Assembly: GCF_000022265.1 (NCBI RefSeq)
Contig: NC_011979.1
Span: 2,760,001-2,792,000 of the forward strand
Length of the DNA stretch: 32,000 nucleotides
Direction of reading: 5' to 3'
Origin: Geotalea daltonii FRC-32
GTDB lineage: Bacteria > Desulfobacterota > Desulfuromonadia > Geobacterales > Geobacteraceae
Below are positions 23,524 to 31,532 of the stretch, piece after piece (position 1 is the first letter of the stretch; each line of letters starts with the position of its first letter). The translations under genes were made by a program, and so were the position numbers. A model generated the notes under the pieces. The model did not search any database. It was not told the DNA's origin and worked only from the letters and a program-made list of their open reading frames with translations.

Positions 23524-24552
23524 ATGAAACGACTGATTCTGTTCGTCCTGTTGCTGACAATGGTCGCAAGCAACGCCATTGCCGGAGGGCTGCCGAAACT
23601 TCGGGTGGGCTATATTCCCGAACCTGCCCATGGGCTGTATTTTGTGGCCAATGAAAAGGGATATTTCAAGGAAGAAGGCGTGGATGTGGAACTCTTCCAA
23701 TTCGGCAGCGCCGCGGAAGGACTGGCTGCCCTCAAGGCGGAAAAACTGGATGTTGGAACCTTCGGCACCACGGCCCCCATTCTTTTCATCAGCAAGGGGA
23801 GCGAGTTTACCTTTATCGGCGGCATGATGATAGGCGGCCAGGCCATTATCACCCGCCCGGAGCGCCTGGCTGAGCTGTCCGGCAAAAATCTCAAGGTCTA
23901 CAAGGGTAAGAAGATCGGCCTGGTGAAACTTTCCACCGGCGACGTCATCTTTAAGGGAGCCCTGAAGAAAGCAGGTATCGATTATAAAAAGGATATCACC
24001 TTTGTCGAGTTGGGAACTGTCGCTTCGGTGGTAGAGGCAGTGAAAAAGGGTGCCGTTGACGCCGGTCTCGTTTATCCCCCCCATTTTTCCCTGGCCGAGA
24101 AGAACTACGGGCTGAAGGTCGCACATTACATCGAGGATTTCTATCCGGATTACACCTGTTGCCGCATCGTCGCCCACACCAAGCAGGTGAATGCCGATCC
24201 GGAAACCTATCGGAAGTTCCTGGCCGCCCTGATTCGCGCCTATCGTTTTTACAAGACCAATCCCGCCGAGACGGTAAAGATCTACGCCAAGGCCCTTAAA
24301 ATCGATGAAGACATCATCCGCAATGAAACCTATGTGAAAAAGGTGGCTGATTCCAATCCCGATCCGCTACGCAAGGGCATCCTGGACTTCTGGCAGCATA
24401 TCCGCGATGCGGGCTACATTGCACAGGACTATCCCTTGGATAAGCATATCAACACCACCATCTATAAGCAGGCCCTTGACGGGGTGATCAGGAAGTCTCC
24501 CAAGGACAAGATCTACAAGCAGATGCTCACCTTTTATAAAAGAAACAACTAG
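23524..24552 (+). CDS. ABC transporter substrate-binding protein, NMT1/THI5-like (SBP2)
   Basis: 342 aa. A signal peptide is followed by LRVGYIPEPAHGLYFVANEKGYFKEEGVDVELFQFGS..KLDVGTFG and the motif YTCCRIVAH. Confidence 0.85.
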   Translation: MKRLILFVLLLTMVASNAIAGGLPKLRVGYIPEPAHGLYFVANEKGYFKEEGVDVELFQFGSAAEGLAALKAEKLDVGTFGTTAPILFISKGSEFTFIGGMMIGGQAIITRPERLAELSGKNLKVYKGKKIGLVKLSTGDVIFKGALKKAGIDYKKDITFVELGTVASVVEAVKKGAVDAGLVYPPHFSLAEKNYGLKVAHYIEDFYPDYTCCRIVAHTKQVNADPETYRKFLAALIRAYRFYKTNPAETVKIYAKALKIDEDIIRNETYVKKVADSNPDPLRKGILDFWQHIRDAGYIAQDYPLDKHINTTIYKQALDGVIRKSPKDKIYKQMLTFYKRNN

Positions 24553-24727
24553 GCGGGGGCGGCCTTCACGCCATCTCGACGCCGTCCTCGTCGTCTCCTT
24601 GTGCGGCGTAGCGTGAGCTACGCCTCCGCGGGACTTCTCCGGGCGACGCCGACCTGGCGCAAATTCCACCCCCGGATGGTAGAACCTCATATTCACATAG
24701 CTGAGTGACAGCAGAAAGAGAGCCAAT

Positions 24728-25777
24728 ATGAAAAAGATAGTGTCCATAGTTCTTACCATTGCCCTGCTTGCCTTAGGAGCCGCAGTCAGCCAGGCCGCAC
24801 CGCTGAAGAAACTGAAAGTGGGCTATCTGCCCACCTCCGGCCACCTGCTCTATTTTGTCGCCAAGGAAAAGGGGTTCTTTCAGCAGGAGGGGCTTGATGT
24901 GGAGCTGTTCCGCTTCACCAATTCCGGCGAGGGGCTTACCGCCATCAAGAGCGGCAAGCTGGATGCCGGTTCCTTCGGCACCTCGGCGCCCCTGGCCTTT
25001 ATTGCCAAGGGTGCCGACTTCACCATCTTCGGCGGGCAGATGGGGGAGGGGCACGCCCTGATCGCCAAGCCGGAAAAGGCCGAGCGATTCAAGAATCTGA
25101 AAAACTATAAAGGAGCTACCATAGCTGCCGTCAGGCTGGCCACCGGCGATGTGGTCTTCCGCGCTGCCCTGCATGAAGCAGGGTTGGACTGGAAGAAGGA
25201 CCTGACCATCAAGGAATTCGACTCGCCGGCGGCGGTGCAGGAGGCGGTAAAGAAGGGAGCGGTGGACGCAGGACTGACCTGGATTCCTTACTACACAATG
25301 GCCGAAAAGCAGGGCCTGGTGGTGGTCAAATACTCAGGCGACGTCATCAAGTCCCATACCTGCTGCAGACAGGTGGCAGTTACCTCGACACTGAAAGAGC
25401 GCCAGGCCGATTTCGAAAAATTCCTGGTGGCCCTGCTCAAGGCCTACCGCTTTTACCAGAGCAACAAGAATGAGACAGTCAATGTGGTAGCCAAGTACGT
25501 GCAGATCGACAAGGCTGACCTGTACAAGGACATCTATGGCGGCCACCTGCTGGTAAGCCCCGATCCGCACAAAAAGTCGGTCGTCCAGTTCTGGGACTTC
25601 ATGAAACAAGCGGACTACATAACCTCCGCGGAAAAAATAGATAATCGTGTCAATACGAGTATCTATGCCGGTGCGCTGGCTGCTTTAGTGAAGAGGGAGC
25701 CGAAAGAAAAACTCTGGAAGAACCTGGATAAGGAATTCCGGGCGGGCGATGCCAACCTGCACATCAAGAAACATTGA
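24728..25777 (+). CDS. ABC transporter substrate-binding protein, NMT1/THI5-like (SBP3)
   Basis: 349 aa. A signal peptide is followed by LKVGYLPTSGHLLYFVAKEKGFFQQEGLDVELFRF and the motif HTCCRQVAV. It is a clear paralog of SBP2. Confidence 0.85.
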   Translation: MKKIVSIVLTIALLALGAAVSQAAPLKKLKVGYLPTSGHLLYFVAKEKGFFQQEGLDVELFRFTNSGEGLTAIKSGKLDAGSFGTSAPLAFIAKGADFTIFGGQMGEGHALIAKPEKAERFKNLKNYKGATIAAVRLATGDVVFRAALHEAGLDWKKDLTIKEFDSPAAVQEAVKKGAVDAGLTWIPYYTMAEKQGLVVVKYSGDVIKSHTCCRQVAVTSTLKERQADFEKFLVALLKAYRFYQSNKNETVNVVAKYVQIDKADLYKDIYGGHLLVSPDPHKKSVVQFWDFMKQADYITSAEKIDNRVNTSIYAGALAALVKREPKEKLWKNLDKEFRAGDANLHIKKH

Positions 25778-25834
25778 TCAAGCTCTCTTTCCTCATGCCC
25801 TTTGGGGTATGACAAGGAAGGGGAGGGGGAAGCC

Positions 25835-26737
25835 ATGAAACGATTTGTCACAATAGCCAATCTGCTGTTCATCGTCCTAGTCGGAACGCTGTTTTTAGCA
25901 GCAAATAAGGGCATTCCCGACCACCTTCTGATTGTAACACTTGCCGTAGAGCTGATCTACCTGGTGCGTGTTACCTTCGACGGTGATGAAAAAGGGGGGA
26001 GCAGTGCCGGAGATGTTGCATCCATAATCTACCTGTTCCTTTTGCTCTGGTTTTTGGTCACCGGGAAGTCGGCGCTGCTGGACAAGATGCTCTTCCCACA
26101 ACCTGAGCCGGTGCTGGAACTCTTTGTGGCCGAACTGCCGGACATGCTGAAGGGACTAGTCAACTCCCTGATCCTTCTGGTCAGCGGTTACCTGCTGGCA
26201 CTGATTACAGGGGTTCCCTTGGGGCTCCTTATCGGCTGGCGCGGTAGACTCTTTCGGGCGGTCAATCCCTTCACCAAGGTGCTGGGGCCGATCCCTCCCA
26301 TCGTCTACATACCCTATGCCATTGCCTTGTTGCCCAGCTTTCGCGCCGCATCCATCTTCGTCATCTTCATCGGCGCCTTCTGGCCGATCTTCATCAATAC
26401 CGTTAATGGCGTGTTCAACATACCCAAGGGGCTGATCGATTCGGCCCGGGTGCTCAATCTGCGGGAGACGACGCTGCTGTTCCGGGTAATCCTGCCCGGC
26501 GCCATGCCTTCCATATGCACCGGGGCAACCCTGGCACTCGTATTCTCGCTGGTCCTTCTTACTGCCGCCGAGTTGATTGGCGCCAATTCCGGCATCGGCT
26601 GGTATGTGAAGAACTTCGCCGATTTCGCCGATTACCAGCGGGTCATTGTCGGCATCATCTTCATCAGCCTGGTGGTGACAGGCATTACCTGGGGGACGGA
26701 GCGGCTGGAGCGGCGGCTGTTGCGCTGGAGAAATTGA
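25835..26737 (+). CDS. ABC transporter permease (binding-protein-dependent inner membrane component), copy 1
   Basis: 300 aa from ATG 25835, with a GGAGG RBS 8 nt upstream. It is multi-TM and has an EAA-loop-like DSARVLNLRETTLLFRVILPGAMP. Confidence 0.85.
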   Translation: MKRFVTIANLLFIVLVGTLFLAANKGIPDHLLIVTLAVELIYLVRVTFDGDEKGGSSAGDVASIIYLFLLLWFLVTGKSALLDKMLFPQPEPVLELFVAELPDMLKGLVNSLILLVSGYLLALITGVPLGLLIGWRGRLFRAVNPFTKVLGPIPPIVYIPYAIALLPSFRAASIFVIFIGAFWPIFINTVNGVFNIPKGLIDSARVLNLRETTLLFRVILPGAMPSICTGATLALVFSLVLLTAAELIGANSGIGWYVKNFADFADYQRVIVGIIFISLVVTGITWGTERLERRLLRWRN

Positions 26738-26781
26738 GTGTTTACTCAGAAAAACTGATCCAATACACGGAGGTTTTGACA

Positions 26782-27822
26782 ATGAATCATTTAAAGAAAC
26801 TTGCACAGGCGGCTCTGGCCTTGACGTTCGCCGTTACATTGGCCAGTCCGGCAACGGCAGCAAACAGGCCGACACTCAAGGTTGGCTACGCCCCTGGCGG
26901 CGGCAGCGTTCTGACCTTTATTGCCAAGGATCAGAAGCTGTTCGAAAAAGAAGGGATAGAAGTGGAACTGGTTCAGTTCGCCAGCTCCGCGGACGGGCTC
27001 AATGCCCTTAACAGCGGCAAAGTGGATGTGGGGATTTCCTTTGGCACCGCAGGCCCCCTGACGTTCATTTCCAAGGGTTCCGACTTTACCATTATCGGCG
27101 GCCACCTCTCGGGCGGTCATCCGGTTCTCGCTTTGCCGGCCAAAGCCGGACAATTCAAGTCCATCAGGGATTTCAAGGGTAAGACCGTGGCCACTCCCCG
27201 TATTTATACTGCCGACATCGTCTGGCGCGGCGCCCTCAAACGAGCCGGTCTGGATCCCAACAAAGATGTGAAGATTATCGAGCTGAAGAATCCATCTGCC
27301 GTTCTCGAGGCGGTAAAGGCGGGCAAGGTGGACGCCGGTATCGGCGCTTCTTCAGTGCTGGTAAAGGCCAGGGAATCCGGTGTGGCCATAGTGGGCTGGA
27401 GCAATGATTACTTCCCAAACCACCCCTGCTGCAGGATCGTGGCCAAAGGAAAGGCGGTCAAGGAAAACCCCGAAGCTTACCGTGCTTTCTTGCGGGCGGT
27501 TCTCCAGGCGGAAAAACTGAAGGCCGCAAACCCACGATTGGCAGTGGAGGAGAATAAGAAGTTCCTGGGCATGGATGAAAGCATGGCGAAGGAATTTACC
27601 CTGGAACCGCACCAGCATGTTCAAGCCGACCCCGACAAAAAAGGTGTCAAGCAGATGTGGGAGGACATGAAGTCCATCGACTACCTGCAGACCGATCTGG
27701 ATGTCAATCGCCACATCAATGTCGAGTTGTACCGCGACGCCTTGAATGAGCTTTTGCGTCGCAACCCCAAGGACAAATACTTCAAGAATGCAAAAAAGAT
27801 CTTTGCCAGGCAGAACCTATAG
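26782..27822 (+). CDS. ABC transporter substrate-binding protein, NMT1/THI5-like (SBP4)
   Basis: 346 aa from ATG 26782, with a GGAGG RBS. The signal peptide is MNHLKKLAQAALALTFAVTLASPATA. It reads LKVGYAPGGGSVLTFIAKDQKLFEKEGIEVELVQF and carries the motif HPCCRIVAK. The ORF-track extension from 26515 overlaps the permease gene. Confidence 0.85.
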   Translation: MNHLKKLAQAALALTFAVTLASPATAANRPTLKVGYAPGGGSVLTFIAKDQKLFEKEGIEVELVQFASSADGLNALNSGKVDVGISFGTAGPLTFISKGSDFTIIGGHLSGGHPVLALPAKAGQFKSIRDFKGKTVATPRIYTADIVWRGALKRAGLDPNKDVKIIELKNPSAVLEAVKAGKVDAGIGASSVLVKARESGVAIVGWSNDYFPNHPCCRIVAKGKAVKENPEAYRAFLRAVLQAEKLKAANPRLAVEENKKFLGMDESMAKEFTLEPHQHVQADPDKKGVKQMWEDMKSIDYLQTDLDVNRHINVELYRDALNELLRRNPKDKYFKNAKKIFARQNL

Positions 27823-27852
27823 AAATTGATAGGGAATTGGGGAGTGAACGGG

Positions 27853-28608
27853 ATGACGATCATTAAAAAATATGGCGGATCAATCGCTCTGCTGGTGCTG
27901 CTGATGGCGCTTTTCGAGATAGCCACCGACCTGACCGGCTGGCTTGAGCCGGTCCTCTTTCCCGGATTGGTTAAAATCCTGCCTGAACTGAAGCGGTCTT
28001 TTCCCAAGCTTTTGCAGGGACTGGTGAACTCCTTCGGGCTGCTCCTTCCCAGTTATGCCCTGGCCCTGGTGCTCGGCATCGGGGGTGGCCTGCTGGTGGG
28101 CTTTTGCGGGAGGCTCAGGACAATTCTGATGCCGATCTTCCGGGGCGTCAGCCCGATCCCCCCGACCATGCTGATTCCTTATGCCATAGCGATTCTGCCA
28201 ACTTTCTGGCTGTCTTCGGCCTTCATCATCTTTGCCGGGGCCTTCTGGCCGATCCTGATGGGGACCATCCACGGAGTTACGCTATTGGAGGAACGCTATC
28301 TTGATAACGCCAGCGCTTTGGGGTTGGGCGGTTTCCGGCTGATGAGAAAAGTCATCTTCCCCGGTGCCCTGCCGATGATTTTCAGCGGCGCCGGCATGGC
28401 GCTGGTTTTCAGCTTCATCCTGCTGACCGTGGCGGAGATGTTCGGCGCCAAAGCCGGGATGGGGCACTTTATCCAATATTACGCCGATTTTTCCGATTAC
28501 CCGAAGGTGTTGGCCGGCATGCTCTTCATGTCATTGGTCATCGTGCTGATAATGGAACTGTTCGACCTGCTCCAGAAGCGCCTTCTCCATTGGACCGGCA
28601 AAAGATAG
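27853..28608 (+). CDS. ABC transporter permease, copy 2 (paralog of 25835-26737)
   Basis: 251 aa. It aligns by eye along its whole length with permease 1 (GLVNS..PIPP..IPYAIA(L/I)LP..FWPI..(A/S)LVFS(L/F).LLT.AE). Confidence 0.85.
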   Translation: MTIIKKYGGSIALLVLLMALFEIATDLTGWLEPVLFPGLVKILPELKRSFPKLLQGLVNSFGLLLPSYALALVLGIGGGLLVGFCGRLRTILMPIFRGVSPIPPTMLIPYAIAILPTFWLSSAFIIFAGAFWPILMGTIHGVTLLEERYLDNASALGLGGFRLMRKVIFPGALPMIFSGAGMALVFSFILLTVAEMFGAKAGMGHFIQYYADFSDYPKVLAGMLFMSLVIVLIMELFDLLQKRLLHWTGKR

Positions 28609-28620
28609 GAACCTGATACG

Positions 28621-29970
28621 ATGCTACCGCAAGGCGATCACAATTCACTGTTTATCAACGAGATTCCCAAATGGGGGGAGCCATATCCCAACATCCTGAA
28701 CCGGCAGTCGGTCCTTGAATGCCTGACCGATTACCTCCTCCAGGTGAACTACCGGGGATACAGGCCAGACCCTCGCAAAGTGCTGGCGGTAAGGCAATCT
28801 GACCGGACGGCGACCCTGCGTAACGCCTCTGCTCCCATTCGCCAGGAGGTTTACTACTTCATCGAGGGGGAGATCTTCCCCAAGGAAGGAACCACCCGGA
28901 TGAAAGTGGGACAGTCACCGTCAGAGCTTGCCGAGGAACTACTGGTACAGCATTATGAGCGGCTTTACATCTGGGTCGCTTATGACTTTACCAAGGGGTC
29001 GCCCCCCGGCTTCAGAAAGCCATTCGACAATCCCTTGATCATCAAAGGTTCATCGTGCCCGAATCCTGAACAGGTCAATAGACGTCAGGCGCCGGAAGGG
29101 GTTAACCCGCGATTTTTCCTTCCCGACCCTCTAGCGGCCAATATTGGTGATGGGGGTATCAGCCCCGATGTTGCCCTGGATGAGATCGCCAGCTTTGTGA
29201 CGGACCTGGTGAAGAGGGATTTCCGCAATGCCTTGCCGGAGGGGGACAACCCCCCTATCTGGGACGAGCCGCTCATTGGTATAGCCTCAGCCACCGATCC
29301 TCTTTTCGAGCGGTTCCAGGACCCTGAGGTGGTTGGCCCCTGTCACCGTTTCCCCGAGGAATGGCTGCCGGGCGCCCGCTCGGTCATCAGCGTCTTCCTG
29401 CCGTTTACCGGGCATATTTCGGAGAACTACAGCAGGAGCCAGCGTTATTCGGCGGTGGAATTCTCATCGGGCAAATGGAACGGTTCCAAGTTCCTCAATG
29501 TGGTGCGCAGGGCCTTGGTCCGCTTTGCCGAAAGCCATGGGGCAAGCGCCGTCGCCCCCAACATCGATCCCCGCTATGACTCTGACGGCTGGCTGCCGTT
29601 CTGGTCCGAGCGCCATGCCGCCCTTGCCGCCGGCTTAGGTACCTTCGGCCTGCATCAGAACTTCATCAGCGAAAAGGGTGCTTTTGGCCGCCTCTGCAGC
29701 GTGGTCACCACCCTTAATCTCAAACCGACGGAACGCCGCTACACGGAAGTGTATGGCTACTGTCTCTATGCTTTTGACGGTAGCTGCCGGGCCTGCATCA
29801 ACCGCTGCCCGACGGGGGCGATCACCGATGCCGGGAAAATACCGGGAAGATGCGAGACCCATGGTAACAAGGAGCATCTCAAGGACTGGAACTATGGCTC
29901 CTGCGGCCACTGCTCCACCTGGATTCCTTGCTCCCGTGGCATTCCGGCCAAGATCAGGAAAACTCTGTAA
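28621..29970 (+). CDS. QueG/RdhA-superfamily (epoxyqueuosine-reductase-like) Fe-S protein with a ~200-aa N-terminal extension
   Basis: 449 aa. The C-terminal half resembles QueG: LIGIASATDPLF..ARSVISVFLPF, ERHAALAAGLGTFGLHQNFISEKGAFGRLCSVVTTLNLKP, the ferredoxin motif CRACINRCPTGAI, and a second cluster CGHCSTWIPC. I do not recognise the N-terminal extension. Confidence 0.65.
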   Translation: MLPQGDHNSLFINEIPKWGEPYPNILNRQSVLECLTDYLLQVNYRGYRPDPRKVLAVRQSDRTATLRNASAPIRQEVYYFIEGEIFPKEGTTRMKVGQSPSELAEELLVQHYERLYIWVAYDFTKGSPPGFRKPFDNPLIIKGSSCPNPEQVNRRQAPEGVNPRFFLPDPLAANIGDGGISPDVALDEIASFVTDLVKRDFRNALPEGDNPPIWDEPLIGIASATDPLFERFQDPEVVGPCHRFPEEWLPGARSVISVFLPFTGHISENYSRSQRYSAVEFSSGKWNGSKFLNVVRRALVRFAESHGASAVAPNIDPRYDSDGWLPFWSERHAALAAGLGTFGLHQNFISEKGAFGRLCSVVTTLNLKPTERRYTEVYGYCLYAFDGSCRACINRCPTGAITDAGKIPGRCETHGNKEHLKDWNYGSCGHCSTWIPCSRGIPAKIRKTL

Positions 29971-30002
29971 TTGCATAATTCGATACAAGAAAGGAAACAC
30001 CC

Positions 30003-31532
30003 ATGAGTTACTTCGACAACAAGGTCCCTCCCAAGCGTGAGGATCGACTGAAAGCAGTCATTGCCCATGAGGACACCATCTGCAACATGGCCAGAAAGGC
30101 TGGCGGCAAGAGCTGCCTGATCGACGACGGGGAGCGGGGCTTCACCCAGGGATCAATCTGCCTGCTGCTGCCGGCGTTGGCCATGCTCAATACTCTGCCG
30201 GACAACGTGGTGCTTCTGCACAGCGCCCTGGGATGCGGTTCCTGTACCCACTCCCAGAACGCCAATGTGCGGGTGGGGAGCAATATTCGCCAGGGTAAGG
30301 CGAAAGACGGCATCTGGCTTTCCACGGCACTGGATGAGACCGACGTCATCAGCGGCGGCGAGCCGAAGCTGGAACAGGCCATCATCGAGGCCGACCGGCG
30401 TTATCGTCCGTCGACTATTGCCATTGTGGCGGGCTGCGTGCCCGGCATCATCGGTGATGATATCGATGGCGTGGCGCTGAAGATCCAGCCCCAGGTTAAC
30501 GCCAGACTGCTGCCGGTTCACTGCGAAGGCTTCAAGACCAAGATCTGGGCCACCGCCTATGACGCGGTTTACCATACCATCGGCCGCAATCTGCTGGAGG
30601 AGCGGGGAATACATGATCCTGCACCGGAAGACGAACTTGCCGTGTTCCTGGAGCAGCAGCGCCTTGCCCGAACCGTCAACCTGATGAATGTCTCTTCCAT
30701 GGGACGGGTCGACGAACAGGAACTGGAGCGGCTTCTCAATTCCATCGGCCTGGAAACCAATGTTTTTCCCGTTTTCTCCCATCCGGATTCCTTCATCAAG
30801 GCCACACGGGCGGCCCTGTCCATCAGCACCTGCCCGACCCACGACGATTACTTCCTCGGCTATCTGCAGGAGCGCTTCAAGGTGCCGTCCATCATCAGGC
30901 ATATGCCCATCGGCATTGATAACACAAGCCTCTGGCTGCGGGACGTTGCAGCTGTTTTCGGCGCTGAAGAGCAGGCGGAGCGGCTCATTGCCGCCGAAGT
31001 TGCGGAACTGAAAGAAGCATTGGGGGAATTCCGCCCCCTGTTCGAAGGGAAGAAGGTTTTTGTAAGTGCCGGTGAGTTCCGTGCCCTGGCCACTTCCCGG
31101 CTATTACAGGAAATAGGGCTGGAAGTGGTGGGAATCCGCTCCTTCCACCATGATGACTTCGCCAATGTGGAATATGAGAAATTGGCCGGTGAGGCCAAAA
31201 GCGACTATGTGGTGGACATTGCCAATGTCCAGCCCTTCGAGGAGGCAAACCTGCTCAAGCGGCTGAAACCGGACCTGTTCCTGGGACATGCAAACGGCAA
31301 CATGACCGCTGCCAAGCTGGGCATCCCCACCCATGTCATCTACAATACCGGTCTTTCTTACATCGGTTACCGGGGTGTTTACGAGGTCGCCCGCAGGCTG
31401 CATCGCCAGCTGAAGAATCCGTCTTACAACCGGAACCTGTCCCAAAACACCAGGCTCCCCTATACGGAGAACTGGTATGGGGCCGAGCCGTTTTCCTATC
31501 TGAATACCAGCGGGAGGGCTGTCAATGAGTGA
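30003..31532 (+). CDS. Nitrogenase-like oxidoreductase, NifD/NifE-like (alpha-type) subunit
   Basis: 509 aa. By eye it is collinear with NifD: GSIC (Cys62 position), HSALGCG (Cys88), AGCVPGIIGDDI (Cys154), PVHCEGF, LSISTCPTHDDY (Cys275 position), GIPTHVIYNTGLSYIGYRG (His442 region). Confidence 0.85.
   Translation: MSYFDNKVPPKREDRLKAVIAHEDTICNMARKAGGKSCLIDDGERGFTQGSICLLLPALAMLNTLPDNVVLLHSALGCGSCTHSQNANVRVGSNIRQGKAKDGIWLSTALDETDVISGGEPKLEQAIIEADRRYRPSTIAIVAGCVPGIIGDDIDGVALKIQPQVNARLLPVHCEGFKTKIWATAYDAVYHTIGRNLLEERGIHDPAPEDELAVFLEQQRLARTVNLMNVSSMGRVDEQELERLLNSIGLETNVFPVFSHPDSFIKATRAALSISTCPTHDDYFLGYLQERFKVPSIIRHMPIGIDNTSLWLRDVAAVFGAEEQAERLIAAEVAELKEALGEFRPLFEGKKVFVSAGEFRALATSRLLQEIGLEVVGIRSFHHDDFANVEYEKLAGEAKSDYVVDIANVQPFEEANLLKRLKPDLFLGHANGNMTAAKLGIPTHVIYNTGLSYIGYRGVYEVARRLHRQLKNPSYNRNLSQNTRLPYTENWYGAEPFSYLNTSGRAVNE

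Noticed and set aside
9722-27852. N-terminal extensions in the ORF track (9722, 18898, 21794, 22671, 25802, 26515, 27826; also 2977 and 12442)
   Set aside because: The extensions run through promoters, terminators or the upstream gene. Internal ATG codons with proper RBS and signal peptides or family-typical N-termini fit better, so the starts were moved as listed in the features.
15164-30902. Series of long minus-strand ORFs (15198-15824, 16747-17415, 18012-18668, 21947-22672, 23485-24177, 26156-26806, 30153-30902 and similar) and 6640-7347 (+)
   Set aside because: Each is fully nested antisense to a plus-strand (or, for 6640-7347, minus-strand) gene that has strong family motifs. None has a motif or RBS that I can support.
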